A stretch of 32,000 bases of DNA. Origin: Raphidiopsis brookii D9. GTDB lineage: Bacteria; Cyanobacteriota; Cyanobacteriia; Cyanobacteriales; Nostocaceae. Below are positions 8,969 through 17,062 of the stretch, one piece after another. Position 1 is the stretch's first letter, and each line of letters starts with the position of its first letter. The notes under the pieces are model-generated. The model was not told the origin of the DNA and searched no databases. It worked only from the letters and a program-made list of their open reading frames with translations. The stretch lies in NCBI GenBank assembly GCA_000175855.1, contig ACYB01000001.1, positions 1 to 32,000 on the forward strand, written 5' to 3'. The position numbers and the translations under genes were made by a program.

Positions 8969-9545
8969 GATGAGGTATTAAAGCGAAAGCTCGATAGTAG
9001 TTATCACTTTTAAAGGTATTAAATAAACAGAGTTCATGTCCATCATAGGATCCGGGGAAGAACAGCACTAAGGGAATGTGGTCAAGATAAGGTTGGAGAC
9101 CATTCAAAATACTGTGGGATCTAATTAGGGGCCAACTCGCTCCAACTCCAGTCAGGAATACCAATTGTTCGTTCCCTTGGAGGTGGTTTTGGATCTGAGC
9201 AATCACCTTTTCGGGTCGAACTATGGATTGGATTTTATTCCCGAGAGATTTGCACCCTTCTTTCGCTTCTACCATAAAAGCTTTATTGAGAATTCCTTTT
9301 TCTTGTAATAGTTCTAGGATTATCTTATACAGATTGAATTCTTTAACGATTAAATTTATTGGATCCTTAGTTAGTTGGGAAACAAGTACTTTAGTATATT
9401 CTTGAACATATAGTTCGTCTTCTGGAGCATAATCAAAAACATAGAAACCAATCTCATTGCCAATACCACGATTTTCCAACAGTCGGGAGTCTTGTAGTTT
9501 AGGTAGTAGTTGATTTAATCGTTCCTGAATACTCAATTTAGACAT
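8943..9545 (-). CDS. brxB: BREX protein BrxB (DUF1788 family)
   Basis: 200 aa, immediately upstream of and overlapping brxC. The features 'IGFYVFDYAPEDE' and the C-terminal 'LVLFFPGSYDGHELCLFNTFKSDNYYRAFAL' match my recollection of DUF1788. Confidence 0.8.
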   Translation of the reverse strand: MSKLSIQERLNQLLPKLQDSRLLENRGIGNEIGFYVFDYAPEDELYVQEYTKVLVSQLTKDPINLIVKEFNLYKIILELLQEKGILNKAFMVEAKEGCKSLGNKIQSIVRPEKVIAQIQNHLQGNEQLVFLTGVGASWPLIRSHSILNGLQPYLDHIPLVLFFPGSYDGHELCLFNTFKSDNYYRAFALIPHHGAVYEHY

Positions 9546-9646
9546 CTGTTTTAGGTTAGCAGCACTAAAGACTTAGTATAACAGGCGATCGCATTTTTGA
9601 GGAGAGACTATTATATTTTGTGTTATGTTTTATTCGGAGAGGTTTG

Positions 9647-9671
9647 CAGACCGTAGCGTGGTTCTTGGGTA
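9647..9671. repeat. Direct repeat copy 1: 'cagaccgtagcgtggttcttgggta'
   Basis: Matches 9761-9784 with 1 substitution and 1 indel. The two copies lie 114 bp apart and flank a hairpin (9685-9727). Confidence 0.7.
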
Positions 9672-9760
9672 TCACTATAGGTTAGACTTTACATGTTTTG
9701 ACAGTAGGGAAACCCATTGGTAAAGTCAAAGCGCTAGGATCATTCAACCAGTTGGGTCGA

Positions 9761-9784
9761 CAGACCGTAGCGCGGTTCTGGGTA
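9761..9784. repeat. Direct repeat copy 2: 'cagaccgtagcgcggttctgggta'
   Basis: See 9647-9671. Confidence 0.7.
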
Positions 9785-9792
9785 ATATCCAC

Positions 9793-9945
9793 TTACCAGG
9801 ATGCTAACCTACGTCTTTTATAGGGCACACCCGTAAAAGGTTGAAAACCAGTTATGGGATAAGCATCATCGGTGGGGCTGAATATGCGCATAAAAGCTTC
9901 ACTGAGGAATTGAACGACTCTGGAAAGCGATTTGGAGATCATCAT
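9793..9945 (-). CDS. Small hypothetical protein (50 aa) with a strong Shine-Dalgarno sequence
   Basis: Below the track cutoff. Sequence 'MMISKSLSRVVQFLSEAFMRIFSPTDDAYPITGFQPFTGVPYKRRRLASW', preceded by AAGGAG 9 nt upstream of the ATG. I cannot name a family. Confidence 0.35.
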   Translation of the reverse strand: MMISKSLSRVVQFLSEAFMRIFSPTDDAYPITGFQPFTGVPYKRRRLASW

Positions 9946-10186
9946 AAATTTCGACTCCTTATTATTATGCTATTTATTTGATGTACCTGCAGTGTAATAC
10001 CAAATCTTGGGACTGACTCATTTTTGTAATATATATATAAGTAACTCAACTTTTCTTAAAAGTCCAATTAAAAGCTCAATTGGAGTAGTTTTAGGTGAGT
10101 TTTATTGGTATAAAATAAACTTGAGATTATCTTTATTACAGAAAATATAGTCTTGCTGTCCACCTTATGAGTAGGAAACTAGAGAA

Positions 10187-10813
10187 ATGTCGATTTTAGA
10201 AATCAAGCTACCCATTCATGAAACCTTTCAGAGTACAGTTCAAGGTGAGGGATATTGGACTGGTTCTTTAGTAGATTTTATTCGCTTGTCCGGTTGTCCG
10301 TTGGGTTGTCCTTGGTGCGACACTGGTTATGCTGATGGTGGGGCAAACTTACCGCGATTTGAGCGTACCATTGGTGAGCTTTTAGCAGAAATAAAATCTC
10401 CGAGAATAGTTATTAGCGGTGGCGAACCATTCATTCACAAGCATTTACCTGAATTAGTTCAAGCCTTGTTGGGTGCTGGTAAACAAGTGAGTATTGAAAC
10501 ATCAGGATCCTTTTGGAAAGAAGTTTCTTTATCAGCTTGGATTACCCTATCTCCTAAGGAACATATTAACCCTAAATATCCAGTGCAGAATCAGTTTTGG
10601 AGTAGAGCTAATGAAGCGAAAATAGTGATAGAAACTGGTCAGGAAATTGATTTTTATCAAGAATATTTATCTGCTCGCCCTGATTTGTATGTTTACCTAC
10701 AACCTGAGTGGAATAGTTCATCAAAATCACTGGCTCTGATTTTGCAATTATTACAACAAAAACCCGATTATAAACTTTCTTTACAAACACACAAATATAT
10801 AGGATTACAATAG
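10187..10813 (+). CDS. queE: 7-carboxy-7-deazaguanine synthase QueE (radical SAM)
   Basis: 'ETFQSTVQGEGYWTGSLVDFIRLSGCPLGCPWCDT' matches the QueE N-terminus and carries the CxxxCxxC radical-SAM cluster motif. 208 aa. Confidence 0.9.
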   Translation: MSILEIKLPIHETFQSTVQGEGYWTGSLVDFIRLSGCPLGCPWCDTGYADGGANLPRFERTIGELLAEIKSPRIVISGGEPFIHKHLPELVQALLGAGKQVSIETSGSFWKEVSLSAWITLSPKEHINPKYPVQNQFWSRANEAKIVIETGQEIDFYQEYLSARPDLYVYLQPEWNSSSKSLALILQLLQQKPDYKLSLQTHKYIGLQ

Positions 10814-10820
10814 GTGGGGG

Positions 10821-10970
10821 ATGAAATATGTAGAGAACCTGGCTCTAAAACAAATACGGGAATCTAACTATGCAAAAAAGTATAGGGGAGAACCAGGTAA
10901 AACCGTCCATGAACTGGGGTTGGTGTTCAGCTCTAGCAAACGTAACCTCATTCAAGCAGATTGGGAATAA
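10821..10970 (+). pseudogene. C-terminal remnant of a PD-(D/E)XK nuclease / AAA-ATPase-like (PDDEXK_9-type) gene
   Basis: The 49-codon ORF 'MKYVENLALKQIRESNYAKKYRGEPGKTVHELGLVFSSSKRNLIQADWE' resembles the conserved C-terminal tail of ~500-aa cyanobacterial PDDEXK_9 proteins ('..ALxQIxxKxYxxKY...GKxIxLIGIxF....RNI'). The rest of the gene is absent. Confidence 0.5.
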
Positions 10971-11031
10971 ATTAAGATAGGCAATATTGGGTTTTCTCAA
11001 CCCAACCTACAGTTACCTACAACAAAACCAA

Positions 11032-12213
11032 ATGACCGACTATAGAAAAGAAATCCTATCTGGAGAATCCGAAGAACTGGAATTTAAACGCTCCACGTCT
11101 CTACTAAAAGAAGCTACCCAGACTCTATGTGCTTTTGCTAATCACAAAGGCGGTGTACTGTACTTTGGTGTATCCGATGACGGAACTGTGGTTGGGCAAA
11201 TGGTAAGTGATGATACATTAAAAAACATTGCTAATACCATTAAGCTCAACACAGATCCCAAACTGTATCCCCAAGTGGAAAAAGTGGAGATTGAAGGCAA
11301 ATCTTGTATTCGGGTATGCATTGAGCAGAGCCCATTAAAACCCCATGTTGCCTATGGCAGACCCTATATCCGGATTGGCCCCACCACCCAGCAGTTAGAT
11401 CAGGAGCAGTACCGAATCCTGCTCCAACAAAGAACCAACGGTTATGGATTTGATTTCCAGTCTTGTCCTAGTGCCACTTTAGCAGATATAGACGAAACAA
11501 CCGTGCAAAGGTTCATGGAAACAGCCAATGCTGTCCGTGATTTCAATCAGAACCTCTACCTACCAGTTGATCAGGTTATGGAAAAGCTGGATCTAGTCAA
11601 GAATGACGCAGTTAGCAATGCAGCAGTGCTTCTTTTTGGAAAAAACCCCGCCTGCTTCTTTTCCACCCACTATGAGGTCAAGGTGGCAAGTTTTCCTACA
11701 GATATGGGTTATGATGAAATGACAAATAATTATGAGTATACAGGTAATTTACTCGATATTTTTGGCAAGTCTATGGATTTCCTTTTGGGTAGCATAAGGA
11801 AATCATATAGGAAGGGCGAACAACAAGGTGTTGAAATTCTTGAATTCCCCAGGTTGATGCTGCGGGAGGCTTTGGTCAATCTGATTTCCCACCGAGATTA
11901 CCGTGTGGATGTTAAATCCACCATCGAAGTCAGACCCTCCTATATTCTTTTCTACAACCCTGCTCAACTGTTTACGCCCACTATTACTATTGACGCTCTC
12001 AAGCGACACCATCCATCAAGACCTGGTAATAAATTAATCGCCAGAGTGTTTTATATGATGGGTTTGTTTGAGAACTGGGGTGGGGGCACACTCAAGATTA
12101 TTGAAAGTGCTAGAGAAAGTACGGGTATAGACCCAGAGTTTACCTTTGAAAATGGTATGTTTTCCTTGAAGATTTATCGAAAACCAACTAATGTCAACCA
12201 ATGTGTGATGTGA
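11032..12213 (+). CDS. AlbA_2 (Schlafen-type, 'divergent AAA') + HATPase_c_4 domain ATP-binding protein / putative regulator
   Basis: N-terminal 'ESEELEFKRS...LCAFANHKGGVLYFGVSDDGTVVG' is the AlbA_2 signature. C-terminal 'REALVNLISHRDY ... PGNKLIARVFYMMGLFENWGGGT' is the HATPase_c_4-type signature. The start is set at ATG 11032; the track ORF begins at a TTG at 10987. Confidence 0.8.
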   Translation: MTDYRKEILSGESEELEFKRSTSLLKEATQTLCAFANHKGGVLYFGVSDDGTVVGQMVSDDTLKNIANTIKLNTDPKLYPQVEKVEIEGKSCIRVCIEQSPLKPHVAYGRPYIRIGPTTQQLDQEQYRILLQQRTNGYGFDFQSCPSATLADIDETTVQRFMETANAVRDFNQNLYLPVDQVMEKLDLVKNDAVSNAAVLLFGKNPACFFSTHYEVKVASFPTDMGYDEMTNNYEYTGNLLDIFGKSMDFLLGSIRKSYRKGEQQGVEILEFPRLMLREALVNLISHRDYRVDVKSTIEVRPSYILFYNPAQLFTPTITIDALKRHHPSRPGNKLIARVFYMMGLFENWGGGTLKIIESARESTGIDPEFTFENGMFSLKIYRKPTNVNQCVM

Positions 12214-12252
12214 TCAGCTTTTTTTCACTAATAGCCAAAGGAAACAATCAAA

Positions 12253-12702
12253 ATGACTCAATCAATCGTTGGTAAGTCTTTGTATGAGTCCGATTTCTGG
12301 TTATGGACTCAGGATACCATAGCTAAACTCAAAGCTAGAGATTTTGACCATCTAGACCTAGAAAACTTGTTGGAAGAGATTGAAGCATTGGGACGATCGG
12401 AAAAAAAAGAATTGGCCAGCAGACTAGAAACCTTATTATGTCATCTTCTAAAGCGAATTTATGTTAATTTACCTCAAGAGTTTAATGGTTGGGAGCGCAC
12501 TATAAGGGAACAACGAAGACGTTTAGTCCAATCGCTCAGAAAAACCCCTAGTTTGAAAACCTTTTGGCAAGAACTACTTAGTGATGCTTGGGAGCTTGCA
12601 CTAGATACGGTTCGAGACGATTACCCCCAGTATGAATTTCCGGATACCTGGGAGTTTGGAACTGATATTGATACCATGCTCAATGCCAACTTTTGGGAAT
12701 AG
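12253..12702 (+). CDS. DUF29 domain protein (paralog 1)
   Basis: 'LYESDFWLWTQDTIAKLKARDFDHLDLENLLEEIEALGRSEKKELASRLETLLCHLLK' is the typical DUF29 pattern. Confidence 0.8.
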   Translation: MTQSIVGKSLYESDFWLWTQDTIAKLKARDFDHLDLENLLEEIEALGRSEKKELASRLETLLCHLLKRIYVNLPQEFNGWERTIREQRRRLVQSLRKTPSLKTFWQELLSDAWELALDTVRDDYPQYEFPDTWEFGTDIDTMLNANFWE

Positions 12703-12774
12703 CGATCGCAAACTGCATTGCTTGACACTCCCTGCTAAAATAGACAGATAACCCAGAAAACCCCAACTAACCCC

Positions 12775-13242
12775 ATGGTTCAAGCAACAAACCTCACCTC
12801 GCTTTACGAACAGGATTATCCTGCTTGGTTAGATTTAACCCTAGCACAGCTTAAGCAGCAAGATTTCAGTGCCATTGACTGGGGAAATTTAATTGAGGAA
12901 ATAGGCGCATTGGGAAGGGAACAACGTTATAAAGTGGAAAGTTATTTATTGCGACTCCTTATCCACTTACTACTGTACGAGCATTGGCAAAGTGAACGCT
13001 CTTGGTCAGGTAAAGGTTGGGAAAAGGAGATTGATAATTTTCGGTTAGAGCTTGATTCTCTACTAGAGTCCCAGGTTCTTCGTAACCACTTCTTGGAAAT
13101 CCTAGCAAAGGACTACGCCAAAGCTCGGAAACTGGCTATCAAAAAGTCCGGGTTATCACCGACCATCTTTCCAGAGATTTGTCCCTATACTCTGGAGCAA
13201 ATGCTTGATTTCGGTTGGTTACCTAAAAAATTTGGAGATTAA
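12775..13242 (+). CDS. DUF29 domain protein (paralog 2)
   Basis: 'LYEQDYPAWLDLTLAQLKQQDFSAIDWGNLIEEIGALGREQRYKVESYLLRLLIHLL ... FPEICPYTLEQML' is the DUF29 pattern. It is diverged from paralog 1. Confidence 0.8.
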   Translation: MVQATNLTSLYEQDYPAWLDLTLAQLKQQDFSAIDWGNLIEEIGALGREQRYKVESYLLRLLIHLLLYEHWQSERSWSGKGWEKEIDNFRLELDSLLESQVLRNHFLEILAKDYAKARKLAIKKSGLSPTIFPEICPYTLEQMLDFGWLPKKFGD

Positions 13243-13276
13243 CCATAAAATAAACCATAAAATAAACCATAAAATA
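13241..13276. repeat. Perfect 3 x 12-bp tandem repeat (aaccataaaata)
   Basis: Seen directly. It fills the whole gap between the convergent stop codons of DUF29-2 (13240-13242) and the GUN4 gene (13277-13279). Confidence 0.95.
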
Positions 13277-14008
13277 TTACAATCCATCATCTACATCTCC
13301 CCATAGGGGTAGATGACCGACCGGTGCGGTTATGGTAAAGTTAATATCAGAGTAGTCAAGCCATTTTCCTTCTCTTCTCCATCCTACTCGATCTCCAAAT
13401 TCTCTCCAAATTAGAAGATCGTAGTTTTTACCCCCTCCTAAACTCTCATATATTCTTCGCTGGACTGAGAAACCAAATTTTCCACCACTGTGTTCTAACC
13501 ATAATTGGTCAATGATATGCAGGTCAAAACAGGGAAAATTCTCAATGTCCTGTAACTGTAAGTAGCCTTGTTCTGTTCGTTTTGCCACTATCAACATTAT
13601 CTTTTGTGTTTCCAAATCTGCTTGTTTCCATTTCTTGGCCTTGAGCAATTTGTTTAGTTTCGTGTAAATATTAACTGCTGATCCTTCGGGAGTATGAGAT
13701 GTGTCCGTAATTAGTGTTTTGTTGTTATTGATAGCGCTAATTAATCCACTACATTTAAATAGTAGACTGTAGACCACATCCTTGACCTCTGGGGTTTCTA
13801 GCTTGTCGTTGAGAATGCTAAGGAGGAATTTTGTCCCCTCCTTTCCATAGTTTAAGGCTTGCTGTATTATTTCTGTCCTTCTGTTAGGTGGAGAACTGTA
13901 ATAGTTGATTATCAGTCCTGCTATTCCACTTACAGCAGGATTGTTTGGTACATTGTCAATACTGGTCAGTGCGGCATCGTATTTAGACAATTCTATTGTG
14001 TTGCTCAT
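13277..14008 (-). CDS. GUN4 domain protein (Mg-chelatase activator family)
   Basis: 'FPCFDLHIIDQLWLEHSGGKFGFSVQRRIY ... APVGHLPLW' closely follows the GUN4 core of cyanobacterial Gun4 proteins. Confidence 0.85.
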   Translation of the reverse strand: MSNTIELSKYDAALTSIDNVPNNPAVSGIAGLIINYYSSPPNRRTEIIQQALNYGKEGTKFLLSILNDKLETPEVKDVVYSLLFKCSGLISAINNNKTLITDTSHTPEGSAVNIYTKLNKLLKAKKWKQADLETQKIMLIVAKRTEQGYLQLQDIENFPCFDLHIIDQLWLEHSGGKFGFSVQRRIYESLGGGKNYDLLIWREFGDRVGWRREGKWLDYSDINFTITAPVGHLPLWGDVDDGL

Positions 14009-14111
14009 GAATATATCGGTAGATAGTTTTTACATGATTCTTACTACAAGAGGTTTTATGAGATTACGGTTTGCTCGGCACATTTAGATACGCGAAAATT
14101 TTGCTCATTTA

Positions 14112-16103
14112 CTACTCATATTCATCCAAACTGTATATTTCCAAGTCACTATCCATTGATGCACCAATTCCTGCTAGATCAAAATTGTCATCTGTGAGCT
14201 GAGTGATTTGTCCCGAGAAGAATTCAGCCAAACTTTTAGCTGCTTTAGCTACTTGACTCTCGTTCCAGTTGGAAACTGACCCATTAGATGTAGGTGATTG
14301 ATTGGTTGTGACTCTGGAATCTGATTCCCTGTTGTGTGGATGGGATGGAGTGCTTGGATTAGGTGTCAACTTATTGACTAGTGGTGGGTTACTAGCTGGA
14401 TTGTTGACTGGATTATCAACTATTGTATCAACTGTTTCAATTTTGGGGGATGGGATTGGTTGTGGTACTGGTTGATAAACACGGGTGGAATCTTCTGGTA
14501 TGGAATTTCTTCTGGTGGTGGTAGGCGAGGAATTTGTCTTTTCTAACTGAATCTCAATATGGCGCTGAAAGGTCTGATGAAAGGCATTTTGAATAATCCC
14601 TAGGTCTGATTTACCTTTCTCGTACCATGCTTGTTTAATGCCAATCTTGGCTAAATTACCATCAAATTCTAATAGTTGACTCATCTGACGGAGCATTTCT
14701 CTCCTGGATGCTGGTTGAAGATTGGCCAATACTTGATACCAAATTTGATTTAGGTCATATTCGGATGATGATGGTATTTCTTGTCTTGTTATATTGGGTG
14801 TTTTATCAGATCCATTAGGTAGTGCTTCTGATGAGCTGGATGTAGCTTGTTCTGGGTAATGATGGGAATGCTGGGAATTATTGGTGGGAGGGTTTGCTTG
14901 TTGATAGTCTTGTCGATAAACATGGGATGGTGACACATTGTGGTTAGTCCCATTCTGGTTTTGTATATTCCCTAGATGGAGTGATGGGTTAGATGGAGCT
15001 ACCATGGAGTTCTGGGTAATAGGTAGCAGTCCCAGTAGGGTCACTTCTAGCCATAAACGCGGCTGGGTGGTACTCTTTAATTGTGCTTCGGCTGTTCTTA
15101 ATTGTTGCTGTCCACGTAAAATAAATGTTATGTCTAATTCAGTCGCAAAGTTCACTAATTGTTGCCATGTTTCTTGAGTACAACTCACTAGATCCTGACG
15201 GCTAGAGGCAGTTTTAGCTATCAGTAAATCTCGGTAAAAAGCCCCCAGATTTTGCAGAATAATTAGGGGTTCTCTACCCCTGTCTAAAATCTTGCGTGTG
15301 TTATCTAGTACATTCTCACTGTCATTTTGAGCGATCGCCTGTAATAGGGCAAATAAATCCTTTTCGCTAACGGATCCGACTAAATCCCAAACTTGCTCTG
15401 GGGAAACGTCTCCGGGTAATAAAGCCAATTGGTCTAATAAACTTTCAGCATCTCGTAAACCCCCCTGAGATATTTGGGCAACTAGGGTAATAGCGTCTTG
15501 GGAAATAGGGATATTTTCGTTATGAGCGATTTTAGATAAATGTTTTACCATTGCTTCCAACTGAATCCGGCGAAAGTCAAATCTTTGACAACGGGAAATA
15601 ATAGTTGGCAATACTCTTTGAGGGTCAGTTGTAGCCAGGACAAAAACTACGTGTTTAGGTGGTTCCTCTAAGGTTTTAAGTAGTGCATTAAATGCTGCCG
15701 TACTTAACATGTGACACTCATCAATTACATAAACCTTATATCGACACTGGACGGGGGCAAATTGGGCCTTTTCTATTAGTTCGCGAATATTATCCACACC
15801 CGTATTACTAGCAGCGTCAATTTCAATCACATCCAGGGAATAACCCTTGGTAATGCCTTGACAAATATCACATACACCACAGGGGGTGGGAGTGGGATGA
15901 CCACTTTGGAGACAATTTAATGATTTGGCCAAAATCCTCGCACTGGAAGTTTTCCCCGTACCCCTGGGACCTGTAAATAAATAAGCTGGAGCAACCTTGA
16001 CTAAACTAATAGCATTTGTCAGTGTGGTGGCAATTGCTTCCTGTCCAACTAGTTCAGCAAAACTCTTGGGGCGATACTTATGATGTAGGGGCTCGTAGGA
16101 CAT
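14112..16103 (-). CDS. dnaX: DNA polymerase III subunit gamma/tau
   Basis: 'MSYEPLHHKYRPKSFAELVGQEAI', Walker A 'GPRGTGKTS', Zn module 'CGVCDICQ', 'SRCQRFDF', and a long low-complexity C-terminus. Confidence 0.95.
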   Translation of the reverse strand: MSYEPLHHKYRPKSFAELVGQEAIATTLTNAISLVKVAPAYLFTGPRGTGKTSSARILAKSLNCLQSGHPTPTPCGVCDICQGITKGYSLDVIEIDAASNTGVDNIRELIEKAQFAPVQCRYKVYVIDECHMLSTAAFNALLKTLEEPPKHVVFVLATTDPQRVLPTIISRCQRFDFRRIQLEAMVKHLSKIAHNENIPISQDAITLVAQISQGGLRDAESLLDQLALLPGDVSPEQVWDLVGSVSEKDLFALLQAIAQNDSENVLDNTRKILDRGREPLIILQNLGAFYRDLLIAKTASSRQDLVSCTQETWQQLVNFATELDITFILRGQQQLRTAEAQLKSTTQPRLWLEVTLLGLLPITQNSMVAPSNPSLHLGNIQNQNGTNHNVSPSHVYRQDYQQANPPTNNSQHSHHYPEQATSSSSEALPNGSDKTPNITRQEIPSSSEYDLNQIWYQVLANLQPASRREMLRQMSQLLEFDGNLAKIGIKQAWYEKGKSDLGIIQNAFHQTFQRHIEIQLEKTNSSPTTTRRNSIPEDSTRVYQPVPQPIPSPKIETVDTIVDNPVNNPASNPPLVNKLTPNPSTPSHPHNRESDSRVTTNQSPTSNGSVSNWNESQVAKAAKSLAEFFSGQITQLTDDNFDLAGIGASMDSDLEIYSLDEYE

Positions 16104-16417
16104 GGGTAGTCTAGTTTCTATACCAGAATATAATTAGATCAAGTTCGACCAGTCAATACGTTTTAATTCTAGGCAATTTTGAAACATTATTAGCAAATAT
16201 TTAACCATGTTACATCACGTCTAACAATTCTTAGGTGTTCGATTTGCTCCAAGGGTTAGAAGTTAAGGACCTCAAACAACTATACTTATACTAACCCCCA
16301 AAGCCTAGATTGTCAATTGAGTCATGCTTTGCTGTTTGATCTGGGTTGGGGGTTCATCTTTACCCGGACATTTTTAGATAAAGGTAAACCCTTGCTTCCA
16401 AACCTATCCAAACTTAA

Positions 16418-17062
16418 ATGATAGAACAAATGTTAAACCGTGTAGTTAAATGGCTTAAACAAATTCTAAAAAGAGTATCTCAAGCCTTATCTGGTCAAAG
16501 ACGTAGATCTAGCCAGTCGCCACAAAATGGCGAGGAAAAGAGCATACCACCCTTAAGTGACACAGATTTAGAATTTTTGTTCACAGAACTTTTGACAGGG
16601 GTTCGTCAGGCCAAGGGACGGACCTGGGCGCGAAACTGGTTACATCAAATTGAACATCGGGTCACTACTGGTCAATGGTTAGACTGGTTACACAAGTTTG
16701 GTAATAAATTATTAAATTCCAAAAATCCCCACAACGAGATGGCATCTCGTCTAGTACAGTTAGGGGAGTTAGACGTAGGTGAAGTAGGTGATCTAGCCTA
16801 TGAGATAGGCATGGAGTTATTAACTCGCATTCCCATAGAACCAATATGGGAATATGACGGACCCGACGGGGAGATAGTAGAAAGTCCAGCAGAGGAAAAC
16901 TTATCCTTAGAAGAACAAGTAGTAACTCAGGATGATTTATTGGCTATTTTGCGAGAAAATGAACCCCTGCGCCGACAAATATCTCAAGATCTACAAATAG
17001 ATTCGGATGATCCCCAGGTGATTCTTGAGGGTATAATCGACCAAGCAAAAGAGAATCCCTAA
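16418..17062 (+). CDS. Hypothetical protein (214 aa)
   Basis: Long ORF with an ATG start, divergent from dnaX. No motif recognised. Confidence 0.6.
   Translation: MIEQMLNRVVKWLKQILKRVSQALSGQRRRSSQSPQNGEEKSIPPLSDTDLEFLFTELLTGVRQAKGRTWARNWLHQIEHRVTTGQWLDWLHKFGNKLLNSKNPHNEMASRLVQLGELDVGEVGDLAYEIGMELLTRIPIEPIWEYDGPDGEIVESPAEENLSLEEQVVTQDDLLAILRENEPLRRQISQDLQIDSDDPQVILEGIIDQAKENP

Noticed and set aside
1254-9405. Plus-strand ORFs inside pglX, brxC and brxB (1254-1649, 1873-2082, 3092-3352, 5707-5907, 5711-5956, 9223-9405)
   Set aside because: They lie entirely antisense to long, motif-supported genes. They have odd composition and no recognisable motifs or ribosome-binding sites, so I treat them as shadow ORFs.
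10187-10813. queE as part of a 7-deazaguanine DNA-modification (Dpd-like) defence system next to BREX
   Set aside because: The window contains no dpdA/TGT-like gene, no queC/queD/folE and no helicase or dpdB-K-type genes. A lone queE is best read as housekeeping queuosine biosynthesis.
12253-13242. DUF29 proteins as HEPN-like RNases, based on an 'R..LLCH' spacing in paralog 1
   Set aside because: The Arg is not conserved at the aligned position in paralog 2 ('ESYLLRLLIH'), so the sequence does not support an Rx4-6H catalytic motif.
14112-16103. Programmed ribosomal frameshift site in dnaX (an E. coli-type A AAA AAG slippery heptamer)
   Set aside because: Scanning by eye found no such heptamer on the coding strand, and there is no evidence of an alternative gamma product. 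A computational search would be needed to be certain.
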